The notes below the pieces were generated by a model. It was not told the DNA's origin and ran no database searches. It worked only from the letters and a program-made list of their open reading frames with translations. From a virus (taxonomy: Duplodnaviria > Caudoviricetes), in IMG/VR virus record IMGVR_UViG_2767802493_000005, positions 1,868 through 65,867 of that record: a stretch of 64,000 nt of DNA; one strand, given 5' to 3'. Shown piece after piece: positions 32,277 to 42,717 of the stretch (position 1 is its first letter; each line of letters opens with the position of its first letter). A program made the translations under genes and the position numbers.

Positions 32277-34447
32277 TGCAGACGATCGAGAACTTGCGGA
32301 GCGAGCCGGCCTACGACCCCGGCGCGGCCGACGTGGCCACCGCGGCGCCTCCAGATGTTGAAGGCCACCCGCTTGACAGCCTGGAGAACCGCCGCCTCCA
32401 CGCGAAGCTGCTGGACTACTGGTACACCGCCCTTGATGCGTTCTACGACAACCGCATCGAGCAGATGCTGGACTACGACTTCTACGACCACATCCAGTGG
32501 TCGGAGGAAGACCGCGCTGTCCTGGCTGCCCGGCACCAGGCCCCGCTGACGTACAACAAGATCAAGATGGCCATCGACTGGGTCATCGGCACGGAGCGCC
32601 GCACCCGCATCGATGGCGTGGTGCACCCCCGCGCGGAGGACGATGTCGACATTGCTGCGGTGAAGTCGGAGCTGATGAAGTACCTCAGCGACACCAACCG
32701 CGTGCCGTGGGCGCGCAGCCAAGCCTTCAAGGACGCAGCGATCGCTGGGTGCGGCTGGACCGAGGAATCGATCCGGACCGATCGCGCCGACGAGCCGGTG
32801 ATGGTGGGCCACATTCCCTGGCGGCAGATGCGGCGCGATCCAGTCAGTCGGGCATTGGACCTGAGCGACTGCCGCTTCCTGCTGCGGGAGAAGTTCGCCG
32901 ACCTGGACTATTCCGAAGCGATGTTTCCTGATCGCATCGAACTGGTGAACCGGGCGGCCCAGGACCACTACGACGGCGACAACGGCGCCTTCGACGAAGA
33001 GCTGGACCTGCCCCAGGTCTTCCGCCGCTACGACAGCCGCGGCCACACCGTGACCGGACGGCGCATCACCGGCAGGGCCTCCCTGGATAGCCGGTGTCGG
33101 CTTCGGGTCCGTCTGATCGAGTGCTGGTTCAAACGCCCGGTCGCGCATAAGCGCCTGTGGGGTGGTGAGTTCCAGGGCGATCGCTTCGATCCGAACAACC
33201 CCGACCACCAAGCGGCGCTCGCAGCAATGAAGGGCCAGGCCTCGCCGGTCTACTCGCTGTCCGACGCCGTGGTCGAGGAAATGTGGTGCGCGATCTTCAC
33301 CGAGGGCGGCCTGCTGCAGCTCAAACGCAGTCCGTTCCGACACGGTCGGTTCCCCTACACGCCGTACTGGTGCTATCGCCGCAACCGCGACGGGATGGAG
33401 TACGGCCTGGTCCGCGGCGTGCGCGACTCGCAGGAGGATCTGAACAAGCGCATGAGCAAGCTGCTTTGGGCGCTCAGCACCAATCAGCTGTTCTACGAGG
33501 AAGGCGCCATCGATGAGGACCGCGTCGAAGAAGCGAAGCGCGAGATCGCCAAGCCAAATGGCGCGATCCCGCTGAAGAATGGCGGCCTGAACAAGATCAA
33601 AGTCGAGCGCAACCTCGATGTGGCCGAGGCTCAGATCAAGCTGCTGGAGCTGGACGCGGCACACATCCATGACGGCTCCGGTGTGAACCGCGAACTCCTG
33701 GGCCGCGAGACCAACGCGGCCAGCGGCCGGGCGATCCTGGCCAAGCAGCAGGAAGGTGCCGTGAGCACGGCGGAGCTGTTCGACAACTACCGCCTGGGCA
33801 TCCAGCTCAGCGGTGAAAAGCAGTTGTCGCTCACCGAGCAGTTCATGACCGAGGAACGCCAGTTCCGCATCGTTGGCGAGCGCAAGGGGTTGGACTGGCG
33901 CGTGATCAACCAGCTCCGCCTGGACACGCTCAACAACGTCTGGGTGGTCGACAACGACATCAGCCGCAACCAGGCCGATTTCATCGTCGACCAGCAGGAC
34001 TTCCGCGAATCGATGCGCCAGGCCTTCGCCGAGCAGTTCTTCGACATGCTGGGCAAGCTGCCTCCGGAGATGTCCATCCAGCTGCTGGACCTGGCCTTCG
34101 ACATGATCGACATGCCGGGCAAGGACGAGGTGGTGCAGCGCATCCGCAAGATCACCGGGCAGTCCGAGAACGACCAGGACCTCGACAGTCCCGAAGCGCT
34201 GGCCCGCCAGCAACAGGAAGCGCAAGACCGCGAGGTCGCCCTGCGCGAACGCATGGCCAAGGTCGGGCTGGACGAGGCCAGGCGCGAAGAGATCATGGCC
34301 AAGGCCAAGGCTTTGCAGATCAAGACCAAGGGCGACGCCCTCAACGTCGCCGAGCTGATCGAGATCCTGCTTCCCCTCGCTCCGGCGGCCGACCGCCTCC
34401 TGAGCACCCAACAGACCCCCGAGGAAACCTCTCATGCAGCAGCCTGA
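32276..34447 (+). CDS. Portal protein, P22-like
   Basis: DYDFYDHIQW..PLTYNKIKMAIDWVIGTE..DLNKRMSK..LLGRETNAASGRAILAKQQEG. Confidence 0.9.
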   Translation: MQTIENLRSEPAYDPGAADVATAAPPDVEGHPLDSLENRRLHAKLLDYWYTALDAFYDNRIEQMLDYDFYDHIQWSEEDRAVLAARHQAPLTYNKIKMAIDWVIGTERRTRIDGVVHPRAEDDVDIAAVKSELMKYLSDTNRVPWARSQAFKDAAIAGCGWTEESIRTDRADEPVMVGHIPWRQMRRDPVSRALDLSDCRFLLREKFADLDYSEAMFPDRIELVNRAAQDHYDGDNGAFDEELDLPQVFRRYDSRGHTVTGRRITGRASLDSRCRLRVRLIECWFKRPVAHKRLWGGEFQGDRFDPNNPDHQAALAAMKGQASPVYSLSDAVVEEMWCAIFTEGGLLQLKRSPFRHGRFPYTPYWCYRRNRDGMEYGLVRGVRDSQEDLNKRMSKLLWALSTNQLFYEEGAIDEDRVEEAKREIAKPNGAIPLKNGGLNKIKVERNLDVAEAQIKLLELDAAHIHDGSGVNRELLGRETNAASGRAILAKQQEGAVSTAELFDNYRLGIQLSGEKQLSLTEQFMTEERQFRIVGERKGLDWRVINQLRLDTLNNVWVVDNDISRNQADFIVDQQDFRESMRQAFAEQFFDMLGKLPPEMSIQLLDLAFDMIDMPGKDEVVQRIRKITGQSENDQDLDSPEALARQQQEAQDREVALRERMAKVGLDEARREEIMAKAKALQIKTKGDALNVAELIEILLPLAPAADRLLSTQQTPEETSHAAA

Positions 34448-35438
34448 CAACGCGGGCCAGCAGTCGCTGGCCGCGAACGAACTGGAAATGACCGAGGGCG
34501 AGCGTGCGGCGCTGGCCAGCGCTGACGGTGCCGCCGCCGGCGATGTCCCAGCTGCAACCGGCACCACCGAGGCACCGGCCGCCGCGAGCTCGACCGCCAC
34601 GCCGGCCGCCGATGGCTCAGCTGCACCAGCAGCAGCTGCTCCAGCGGACGGTGCGGCGCAGCCCGATGCGGCTACCGCGGCTGCGGCTGCTGCCGCGGCA
34701 GCTGCTGCGGAAGGGGCGACCCCCGCTGCACCGGCAGCGTCCGAGCCGCCGCCGTCCGCCCCCTTCGTGCCGACGTATGCAGCCGACGAACGCGACTACG
34801 ACAAGGAAATCGGCGACATCAACGGCAAGTTGCAGGCCCTGAAGGAAAAGTACAAGGCTGGCGACGTGGAGGATGAGGCCTACGAGGAGCAGTACGAGAG
34901 TCTGCGCGACGAGCGCAGCCGCATCGAGCGCGCTCAGGATATGGCCACCCTGCAGCAGCAGATGAGCCAGCAGAACGCGGACCAGTCCTGGGCGTACCTG
35001 CAGCGCCAGTTCCTCTCCCGGCCGGAGAATGCCGCGATCGCCGCAAGCCCGATGCGTTTCGCCGCGTGGGAGCAGGCGATGCAATCGGTGGTGAATGATG
35101 CCGCAGCTGCCGGCCGCCAGCTCACGGACTGGGACATCCTGGCCGGCGCGCGCGACCTGTTGGTGACCGAGGGCCTGCTGCAGGCATCCGCCGCCGCGAC
35201 CGCGCCGCCCGTAGCGCAGGCCCCGGCGAAGCCGGATCGCAGCGCGCCGCTGGGAGACGTGCCGGCCACGCTGAGCACAGTGCCAGCGGCGGCGGATCCC
35301 ACCTCCCGCTCGACCGCCGATGCGGCCGCTGGAATGGACAACATCGAGGACATCGAGTCATTCCTGGCAGGCAAGTCGGAGAGTGAACGCGATCGCATCC
35401 TGCGCGACGTGCCGGGCTCCTTCGTGGCGGACAACTGA
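34434..35438 (+). CDS. Scaffolding protein
   Basis: Ala/Pro-rich acidic coiled coil between portal and capsid. Confidence 0.7.
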   Translation: MQQPDNAGQQSLAANELEMTEGERAALASADGAAAGDVPAATGTTEAPAAASSTATPAADGSAAPAAAAPADGAAQPDAATAAAAAAAAAAAEGATPAAPAASEPPPSAPFVPTYAADERDYDKEIGDINGKLQALKEKYKAGDVEDEAYEEQYESLRDERSRIERAQDMATLQQQMSQQNADQSWAYLQRQFLSRPENAAIAASPMRFAAWEQAMQSVVNDAAAAGRQLTDWDILAGARDLLVTEGLLQASAAATAPPVAQAPAKPDRSAPLGDVPATLSTVPAAADPTSRSTADAAAGMDNIEDIESFLAGKSESERDRILRDVPGSFVADN

Positions 35439-35443
35439 GCCTC

Positions 35444-35659
35444 ATGCCCAAGCTGCACACCACCCTGGAGCCCGGCGACGTGGTCCTGATCCCGTCGGGC
35501 TCAGGCGCATCGATCACCTTCACCGAGAAGAGCGGTAAGCGCTCGCGCGTGATCATCGAATCCAACACCCCGGTGACCATCACGCGAGCCGGTGAGCAGC
35601 AACCTACTGGCGGCACGCTGCAGCGCGTGGCGCGCCGCCCAACGCCCACAACGGGCTGA
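35444..35659 (+). CDS. CsrA-like small protein
   Basis: LHTTLEPGDVVLI..SITFTEKSGKRSRVIIESNTPVTITR aligns to the CsrA beta-strand pattern. Confidence 0.5.
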   Translation: MPKLHTTLEPGDVVLIPSGSGASITFTEKSGKRSRVIIESNTPVTITRAGEQQPTGGTLQRVARRPTPTTG

Positions 35660-35737
35660 ACATTCTCAAACACCTGCGCAGCAGTGCGGGTCAACGACAG
35701 AGGCGCAGAAGTGCCGTGATCTCCCTGGAGAAGCAAC

Positions 35738-36847
35738 ATGGCACAGACGATCGTGGGTCTGAACGACCCCAAGGCCCGGAAGCTGTGGTCTGCGGACCTC
35801 ATGGTTTCGGTATCCAAACAGTCCTACTGGACGCGCAAGATGATGGGCAAGGGGTCGGAGACCTCGATGCCGGTCATGCTGCAGACCGACCTGGAACAGG
35901 AAGCGGGCGACACCATCAGCTACGACCTGTCCGTGCAGCTGTCCGGTGGCGTCATCGAAGGCGACCAGAAGGCCGAGGGCAAGGGCGAGAAGCTCGACTT
36001 CTTCACCGATAAGGTCTTCATCGACCAGGCCCGTAAGCCGGTCAGCTGCGGTGGCCGTATGAGCCGCAAGCGCACCGTCCACGACCTGCGCAAGGTCGGC
36101 CGCAATCGCCTGACGGAGTTCTGGGCGCGCTTCTACGACGAGCTCTTCTTCATGTACGGCTCGGGCGCTCGCGGCATCAACGAGGACTACAACGTCCCGC
36201 TGAACTACGCCGGCCGCGCAGGCAACGCGTTCGAGTCGCCGGACAGCTCGCACATCCTGTTCGGCGACGGCGCCAGCAAGGCATCGCTGACCGCGGCCGG
36301 CAAGATGAGCCGCGTCCTGATCGAGCGCGCCAATACCAAGGCGGCTTCGCAGGGTGGTGGTTCGACCCAGGTGGCGGAGATCCAGCCGATCACCATTGCC
36401 GGCGGCGAGCACTTCGTCACCGTCATGCACCCGTTCCAGGCGCATGACCTGAAGACCTCCACGGACCCGGGCAACTGGCTGGACATCCAGAAGGCGGCTG
36501 CGGCTGCCGAAGGTGCCAGCAACCCGATCTTCAAGGACAACCTGGGCATGATCGGCAACACGATCCTGCACAAGCACAAGTCCGTGGTGCGCTTCGGGGA
36601 CTACGGCGCCGGTGGCAACGTTGCAGCGGCTCGCGCGCTGTACCTGGGCCGCCAGGCCCTGGTGTTGGCCTTCGGTTCGCCGGGCAACGGTCTGCGCTTC
36701 GACTGGTCCGAGGTTCCGCTCGACCATGGCAACGACATCGAGATCTGCGCCGGCGCAATCTTCGGCATCAAGAAGACGCGCTTCAACGGCAAGGACTTCG
36801 GCACGATTGCCCTGGACACCGCCGCGGCCGATCCGAACCCGCAGTAA
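35738..36847 (+). CDS. Major capsid protein (N4-gp56/DUF4043 type)
   Basis: KLWSADL..GDTISYDL..IDQARKPV..MSRKRTVHDLRK..YLGRQAL..GIKKTRF. Confidence 0.88.
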   Translation: MAQTIVGLNDPKARKLWSADLMVSVSKQSYWTRKMMGKGSETSMPVMLQTDLEQEAGDTISYDLSVQLSGGVIEGDQKAEGKGEKLDFFTDKVFIDQARKPVSCGGRMSRKRTVHDLRKVGRNRLTEFWARFYDELFFMYGSGARGINEDYNVPLNYAGRAGNAFESPDSSHILFGDGASKASLTAAGKMSRVLIERANTKAASQGGGSTQVAEIQPITIAGGEHFVTVMHPFQAHDLKTSTDPGNWLDIQKAAAAAEGASNPIFKDNLGMIGNTILHKHKSVVRFGDYGAGGNVAAARALYLGRQALVLAFGSPGNGLRFDWSEVPLDHGNDIEICAGAIFGIKKTRFNGKDFGTIALDTAAADPNPQ

Positions 36848-36857
36848 GCCTCACACC

Positions 36858-36883
36858 AAGAGCCCCGGCACGCCGGGGCTCTT
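36858..36883 (+). terminator. Hairpin after the capsid gene
   Basis: AAGAGCCCCGG-CACG-CCGGGGCTCTT. Confidence 0.6.
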
Positions 36884-36918
36884 GCGTTCAGAACCTACAT
36901 CCTTCGCAGGAGAAATCC

Positions 36919-37365
36919 ATGTCCACGAAACTCGCAATTGGCCGCAACAGCGGCGCATCGTCGCCGGCCGCCGGCCTGCTGGTGGTCAACGACTACAGCT
37001 GGCCGGTTGAAGCCGGTGCGGATGGCGATCTGGTGTTGATCGGTGAGCTGCCGGCCAACCACAAGCTGCACAGCCAGGGCTCCGGCCTGTTCGCCAAGCT
37101 GGACGCCGGCGGCAAGCTGGCCGCGCAGAACGTGAGCGTCTTCATCCCCGACGCGATCGATGGCGCCTCGGCGGCCGGCAACACCGTTATCGCGCCGACC
37201 GCGGTGGTTGCCGATACCGCCGCATTTGTCCCGGTGAGCCTGCATCTGATTGCCGAGGCCCTGGGCTCCAAGCCGGTGAACCGCCCGGTGTACGTGAAGC
37301 TCAATACCGCCCCCGGTGCCCAGCAGGGCGAGCTGATCCTGCGCCTGGCTGCTTTCCCGGCCTGA
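36919..37365 (+). CDS. Head-associated structural protein
   Basis: AGGAG RBS; follows the capsid gene. Confidence 0.6.
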   Translation: MSTKLAIGRNSGASSPAAGLLVVNDYSWPVEAGADGDLVLIGELPANHKLHSQGSGLFAKLDAGGKLAAQNVSVFIPDAIDGASAAGNTVIAPTAVVADTAAFVPVSLHLIAEALGSKPVNRPVYVKLNTAPGAQQGELILRLAAFPA

Positions 37366-37418
37366 GCCCCCAACCGTAGCGGGGCTGCGCACGCAGCCCC
37401 GCATACCAGGAGCATCCC

Positions 37419-37982
37419 ATGCTGATTGCATGCAAGTTCAAGCGCCCGAAGGCGCCCGTTGAGCTGGACGGAACCGTGTACTTCTTCGTGCCGATCGATC
37501 CCGCCAATGCCGATGCGGAGCACGTCGCCGACGTCGAGAACTCCGACCATATCCAGCGGCTGCTGGGCATTCCGGAGGCTTACTACATCGCCCGGGCCCA
37601 GACCCTGCAGACCACCGCCAAGCCGGTCCCGCCGGTCGACCCGGCCGCAGGCCAGGAACCGCCAGCGCCGCCGGTTGTCAGCAACACCGGTACCGATGCC
37701 GGCGGCGCGGACGCGGGCGCCAGCACCACCACGAGCACCGACACCGGCACCAGTGAGCCGCCGGCAGGCGCGAACGTCGCAGCTACGCTGCCCCCGGAGA
37801 TCGTCGAAGCCGCGGCGCAACTGAACGGACTGAGCTGGCAAAAGCTGAAGGCCGAGCTGGCCAAGGGCGGCATCGCCAAGGTCGTGATCAAGGCCGCCCT
37901 CGACCTGGAGCTGGCCAAGCCGGAGCCCGACCAGCGCGGAACCACCCTGAAGGTGCTGAGCCAGGCGCTCGAGGAGGCCTGA
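37419..37982 (+). CDS. Virion-associated hypothetical protein
   Basis: AGGAG RBS; low-complexity linker between two folded ends. Confidence 0.55.
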   Translation: MLIACKFKRPKAPVELDGTVYFFVPIDPANADAEHVADVENSDHIQRLLGIPEAYYIARAQTLQTTAKPVPPVDPAAGQEPPAPPVVSNTGTDAGGADAGASTTTSTDTGTSEPPAGANVAATLPPEIVEAAAQLNGLSWQKLKAELAKGGIAKVVIKAALDLELAKPEPDQRGTTLKVLSQALEEA

Positions 37983-37983
37983 C

Positions 37984-38664
37984 GTGGAGGCGCGCACCCT
38001 CAGCCAGTTGATCGAGGAATGCCGGGAAGAGCTCGACGACGACGTGGCTCCCTACCTGTGGAGTGACGCCGCGCTGACCCGCCACCTCAACGAAGCTGTG
38101 GAAGAGGCGTGCATTCGGGCGCGGCTGCTCGTGGAGAGCGGCCGCCCCGATATTTGCCACATCAACCTGGAGCCGGGCCGCGCTGACTACACGCTTCATC
38201 CAACCGTGTACGTGATTCGGCGCGCGGTGCTGGCCAGCAATCTGTCCGACCCGCTCTGCAGGACCACCAGCGGCGCCCTGGACGGATGGCACTGCCACTG
38301 GCGCACCGAGGCAGGGCGCCCGGAGTACCTGGTGCGCGATCGGCAGGCGCGCGAGGTATCGGTCAGCCCGGTACCGGCAGAGTCGGACGTGCTGCAGCTC
38401 ACCCTCTGGCGTGTGCCAGAAGCCGCCGAGGCGATGGAAGACAGCGAGGATGAGCCGGTGATCGATGCCATCCACCACCGGAAGCTGGTGCACTGGGCCT
38501 GCTGGCGGGCATTGAACAAGCGCGATTCCGAGCAGCGCAGCACCGCCGACGCCGACCGTCACCTCGCACTGTTCGAGGGCTACTTCGGCGAGCGGCCCAC
38601 CGCGCGGGCGCTGCAGCAGCTGTCGATCGACCCCACCACCGGCACCCAACCCATGTGGTTCTGA
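37984..38664 (+). CDS. Head-tail adaptor
   Basis: LIEECREELDD..PYLWSDAALTRHLNEAVEEAC..HRKLVHWACWRA. Confidence 0.7.
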   Translation: MEARTLSQLIEECREELDDDVAPYLWSDAALTRHLNEAVEEACIRARLLVESGRPDICHINLEPGRADYTLHPTVYVIRRAVLASNLSDPLCRTTSGALDGWHCHWRTEAGRPEYLVRDRQAREVSVSPVPAESDVLQLTLWRVPEAAEAMEDSEDEPVIDAIHHRKLVHWACWRALNKRDSEQRSTADADRHLALFEGYFGERPTARALQQLSIDPTTGTQPMWF

Positions 38665-38665
38665 C

Positions 38666-39979
38666 ATGCCCGTTCGCGATGAAGATCTCCGCCCAGCAGG
38701 CCCTTGGCCCTGGGGCATCAACAACGTGGCCGGAGAAGGGGCGCTGCCGACCGATGAAAACGGGATCCCGCGTGCGCTGCGCGAGGCGGACAACGTCGAC
38801 CTGGACGCCGCCGGCAGGCCGCAGCGCCGGCGGGGGCATCAGCGCTTCCGGCCTGGCGCCCTGACCCATTCGCTGTGGAGCCATGACCATCTGCAGTACG
38901 GACTCTTCGTCGATGGCGGTCAGCTTCATGCCCTGCACGAGGATGAGCGTGTGGAAGCGCTGGGCATCGACGTTGGCCTGGATCCGCTGAGCTATGCACT
39001 GATCGGCGATCGCGTCTTCTTCAGCAACAGCACCGCCAGCGGCATCCTCGACATCGACCTGCAGGTGCAACCCTGGTCGCCGGAACACCCTGCGGGCCAA
39101 CCGCTGTTGGAACCAACCTCTGACAGCGCCCTTGCACCAGGTCAGTACCAGGTGGCGGCGACCTTCATCGATCGGCTGGGTCGGGAATCGGGCAGTACCC
39201 TGGCCGCGGCAATCGACGTTGCCGAGGGCGGCGGGTTCGAGCTCAGTGACATCCCGCTGCCGGTGGCGCCGGACACGGCCTCGGTCGCGGTGTACGTCTC
39301 CGGGCCGAATGACCAGGTGATGCGGCAGTACGTCATCCTGCCCGCCGGCACCCGCTCGGCACCGGTGCTGGCGCCTGGCGAGGGGAGGGCGCTTACGACG
39401 CAGTTCCTGCGGCCGCTGCCACCGGGCCACATCGTCCGTGGTGCGCACGGCCGGCAGTTCGTAGCCTGTGGCCAGGAGGTGCTGTGGTCGGAGGCACTGC
39501 GATACGGGATGTTCCGGCCTGCGACCAACCGCATGCGCTTCAACGCACCGATCGACCTGATGGAACCCATTGGCGACGGGCTGCAGGACGGCGCCGGCCT
39601 CTACGTCGCCGCCGGCGCGCGGACCTATTGGTACGCCGGCGCGGACCCCAAGGACTTCAGCCAGGAAGTCGCGCGCGGTAGCGGCGCGGTGCCGGGCTCG
39701 GCCATGGTCGTCAACGGTGACGTGATTGGACTGCAGTCCGCGGTACCGGTGCTGATCTGGCTCGCCCGCGATGGCTACTTCTGCATCGGGCTGCCGGGCG
39801 GCCAGGTGCAGGTGCTGAAGAAGGGTGAGGCGGTCGTTGATGACGCCGACCATGCCGCACTGCTACTGCGCCAGCAGGACGGACTGAGCCAGCTCGTTGC
39901 CGCGCTGCGGGCACCCAAGGGCCAGGCGCTGGCCGTCACCGACCGGGCCGTCGCCCACGTCATCCACCGAGACCCATGA
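38666..39979 (+). CDS. Tail hub or nozzle protein
   Basis: GINNV..LREADNVDLDAAG..RRRG; position after the adaptor. Confidence 0.65.
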   Translation: MPVRDEDLRPAGPWPWGINNVAGEGALPTDENGIPRALREADNVDLDAAGRPQRRRGHQRFRPGALTHSLWSHDHLQYGLFVDGGQLHALHEDERVEALGIDVGLDPLSYALIGDRVFFSNSTASGILDIDLQVQPWSPEHPAGQPLLEPTSDSALAPGQYQVAATFIDRLGRESGSTLAAAIDVAEGGGFELSDIPLPVAPDTASVAVYVSGPNDQVMRQYVILPAGTRSAPVLAPGEGRALTTQFLRPLPPGHIVRGAHGRQFVACGQEVLWSEALRYGMFRPATNRMRFNAPIDLMEPIGDGLQDGAGLYVAAGARTYWYAGADPKDFSQEVARGSGAVPGSAMVVNGDVIGLQSAVPVLIWLARDGYFCIGLPGGQVQVLKKGEAVVDDADHAALLLRQQDGLSQLVAALRAPKGQALAVTDRAVAHVIHRDP

Positions 39980-39982
39980 CCT

Positions 39983-40156
39983 ATGGCTGTGTTGGCCAAG
40001 CCAGACGACGTGAAGCGTCGCCTGGAGATCTGCCGTGCGTGTCCGAACGTCGAACGGCTCGGACGTCGCCTATTCCTGCGCTGCAGCCTCTGCAGCTGTC
40101 CCCTGGCAAGCAAGACCCGATTCCAAGGGGCTTCCTGCCCCGCGGGCAAATGGTAA
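39983..40156 (+). CDS. 57-aa Cys-rich protein (below the ORF-track cutoff)
   Basis: MAVLAKPDDVKRRLEICRACPNVERLGRRLFLRCSLCSCPLASKTRFQGASCPAGKW*. Confidence 0.65.
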   Translation: MAVLAKPDDVKRRLEICRACPNVERLGRRLFLRCSLCSCPLASKTRFQGASCPAGKW

Positions 40157-40175
40157 CCACCGAAGGAGCAAACCG

Positions 40176-40808
40176 ATGAAAATCATGAAGGCCCTGCAGA
40201 ATCTGGGCACGGTGGGGCGCGACGCCATTCGCGCAATCCGCCGGCACAAATACGAGCTGTCCGAGGCGGGCATCTACATTCCCGCGGCGCGCGCGACCAT
40301 CGGCGGCACTTTCCGGCATGCCCACGCCGCTGCAGGCGATGAGTTCGGACCATGGCAGGTCGACCCGAATCGACTGGTCAACGAAGGTCTGAACTACATC
40401 CTCAATTCCGCACTCGGCGGCGCCAGCCAGCAGACAGCGTTCTACCTGGCACCGTTCGCCGGTAACGTGACGCCGGCGGCGGACTGGAAGGGATCCACGT
40501 TCAAGGACGTGGCCACCGAGTTCACGGGGTACACCAATGCCAGCCGTCTGCCCTGGACCACCACACCCTCGACGGCTGAGGCGATCGGCAATAGCGCCGC
40601 CCTTGCCGCGGCGACGCTGGTCTACTCGGCAGGCGGGCCCTACAACCTCTACGGCATCGGCCTGCTGACGGGGTCCGCCAAGGGCGCCACGGCGAACATC
40701 CTGATCGCAGCTACCCGCTTCGCAACGCCGCGCACCAACCAGCTCGCCGGGGACAAGCTGGCACTGGAATACGTGCTGTCGGCCAAGGACGAGGGCGACG
40801 TCACCTGA
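40176..40808 (+). CDS. Tail protein
   Basis: AAGGAG RBS; NRLVNEGLNYIL..FYLAPF. Confidence 0.65.
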   Translation: MKIMKALQNLGTVGRDAIRAIRRHKYELSEAGIYIPAARATIGGTFRHAHAAAGDEFGPWQVDPNRLVNEGLNYILNSALGGASQQTAFYLAPFAGNVTPAADWKGSTFKDVATEFTGYTNASRLPWTTTPSTAEAIGNSAALAAATLVYSAGGPYNLYGIGLLTGSAKGATANILIAATRFATPRTNQLAGDKLALEYVLSAKDEGDVT

Positions 40809-42709
40809 TGAGCGGGCCGCGGTACAGCGGGTGGACGCCGATCGTGGTCGTTGGCGATCGAGAGGTCGCGGCTCAGCACGTCCCGGAAGCAAGGAAGCTG
40901 CTGGGCTTCGTGCTCGAAGAGGCCAAACGGAATGGCCTCGGAATCGCGAATCTGCGCCGGGAACTGCAAGACGGCACGGTGCTGCTGGCCGAGAAGATCG
41001 GCGAGCTGCCACGGGTCACGATCATAGCCCCGGGGCCACCACCGGTAGAGGAACCGCCGGAGCCCCGCGGCGGCTTCATCGTCTGGCCACGATGGGACGT
41101 GCCCACGGGCGATCCGGCGCAGCGCGGCACGCAGGTGGATCCGACAGGCAACGATCCGACCGGGTGGCTGGAGTTCGCCGGCAGCCGGGTGGTGACCCGC
41201 TACTGGCGCAGATGGGATGTGGTCGATCAGATCCAGGGCGCCCGCTACGAAAGCTACGACCGGCTGGACCTGTATCCCGATGGGCTGTACTTCTTCGGGA
41301 ATATCGACTGGAAGGACGGCGAGGATCTGGCGCTGTCGTTTTATGGCTTCTGCTCAAGGTACGTGCACGACGTTGCCTTGCTCGACATCGGCGCGCGCTG
41401 GGTGCTGCAGCAGGGCCAGGCGCTGTTCGACCGGATCTCGTACGCCCAGGAACTGCAGCAGGATCCGCCCGAATACCTGTCGTGGCGCGTCAACTCCGCC
41501 TGCGTGCGCAAGACGTCAGCCGGCGTCCAAGAACTGCTGGTGGCATTCACGAACTACACCCAGGGGCAGCCCACCACCGCGCAGTCGGCCTTCGTGGCCT
41601 TCAGGCTGCATCGCAATGAGGGGACGCCGCAGAAGGGCGACTGGGTCGTAGAGCCCGGCAGCCACCGCCTGCTGGGCATGACGCCCGGGCAGATCAATCC
41701 CGAGGGCAGCACTTCGGGGAACACGTTCACCGATTCGGCCATGCCGTGGTTCTTCAACGGTGATGGCACCCGGGCGATCCGCACCGTCAACAGTGAGCAG
41801 ACGGTGGTCGCTGCGTTGATCAACACCATGACCCAAGAGGTGGAAATCTCCGACAGCGGCATCACCCATAACGCAGTCCAGGCCGCCTACCTGCAGGGCA
41901 ACTACGCCGGAAGCGGTGGGAACTTCGCATTGGTGGCGCCCACGCGCGGCCTGGTCGTGTCCGACTTCGCCGGCATGGAGCGGAAAGATGCCTATCTGGC
42001 GCTGCGCCGGAGCGAGGGGCGGTTTGCTGTGGAGGCCAACAACTACCAGGGAATGGTGCGCGTGTCGGTGGTGCTGGAGTTCGACGGCGGCGAGATCACC
42101 TTGATCGATCGGGACTTCGCGGTCGGCAATGACCGCCAGGACTATCACCTGTTGGCGTACATGGACGTGCGCCACAACCTGTTCTCGGGATGGCGGATCC
42201 AGGGTTTCAACGGTGCCCACACGATCCAGCCATTCGCCTACATGGCAGGCCGAATGGTGTATGGCGAACCCGAGCCTGTGGCATGGGATCCGAGCTCGGG
42301 CACCGGAGCACCATTTCCGGGCCTGGACACGCGTGCGCCTGGCGCCGTCACCGACGGTCTCGTGTTCGGCAGCTACTGGGTTGGCGCCAGCGGATCTGGC
42401 TGGGGGCCACGCACACCGAACCAGACCGGCGTGATCTGGAACAAGCACCCCCGCGAGGGCCTGATTGCGTTCAGCGGTTCCTCGCTGCTGGTGCCGCTGA
42501 TGATGGACCGACAGGGCGTGAGGGACTTCCTCGGCTTCGATTGGGCCGGGGGCTGGAACTACAACAAGGGGCGCTACTGCGTCTCGATACCTGGCGCCTA
42601 CACCGGTGCACTGAACTACCTGACGGGTCATGACCTGGGGGCGTTGCTCGGCGTTACCGCCGAGGACAGGCGCTTCTACCCGCTGACCGTCCTACCCAAG
42701 CCCATCTAG
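40808..42709 (+). CDS. Tail protein (beta-rich)
   Basis: 633 aa, coupled, aromatic/beta-rich. Confidence 0.6.
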   Translation: MSGPRYSGWTPIVVVGDREVAAQHVPEARKLLGFVLEEAKRNGLGIANLRRELQDGTVLLAEKIGELPRVTIIAPGPPPVEEPPEPRGGFIVWPRWDVPTGDPAQRGTQVDPTGNDPTGWLEFAGSRVVTRYWRRWDVVDQIQGARYESYDRLDLYPDGLYFFGNIDWKDGEDLALSFYGFCSRYVHDVALLDIGARWVLQQGQALFDRISYAQELQQDPPEYLSWRVNSACVRKTSAGVQELLVAFTNYTQGQPTTAQSAFVAFRLHRNEGTPQKGDWVVEPGSHRLLGMTPGQINPEGSTSGNTFTDSAMPWFFNGDGTRAIRTVNSEQTVVAALINTMTQEVEISDSGITHNAVQAAYLQGNYAGSGGNFALVAPTRGLVVSDFAGMERKDAYLALRRSEGRFAVEANNYQGMVRVSVVLEFDGGEITLIDRDFAVGNDRQDYHLLAYMDVRHNLFSGWRIQGFNGAHTIQPFAYMAGRMVYGEPEPVAWDPSSGTGAPFPGLDTRAPGAVTDGLVFGSYWVGASGSGWGPRTPNQTGVIWNKHPREGLIAFSGSSLLVPLMMDRQGVRDFLGFDWAGGWNYNKGRYCVSIPGAYTGALNYLTGHDLGALLGVTAEDRRFYPLTVLPKPI

Positions 42710-42717
42710 GAGCCTTC

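Noticed and set aside
34540-34750. GCN-rich quasi-repeats in the scaffold gene (also 37600-37800 and 51200-51900)
   Set aside because: Explained by Ala/Pro/Thr-rich protein linkers.
39976-40179. Track ORF MTYGCVG...
   Set aside because: The overlapping frame 39983-40156 encodes a recognisable Cys-motif protein and fits the operon better.
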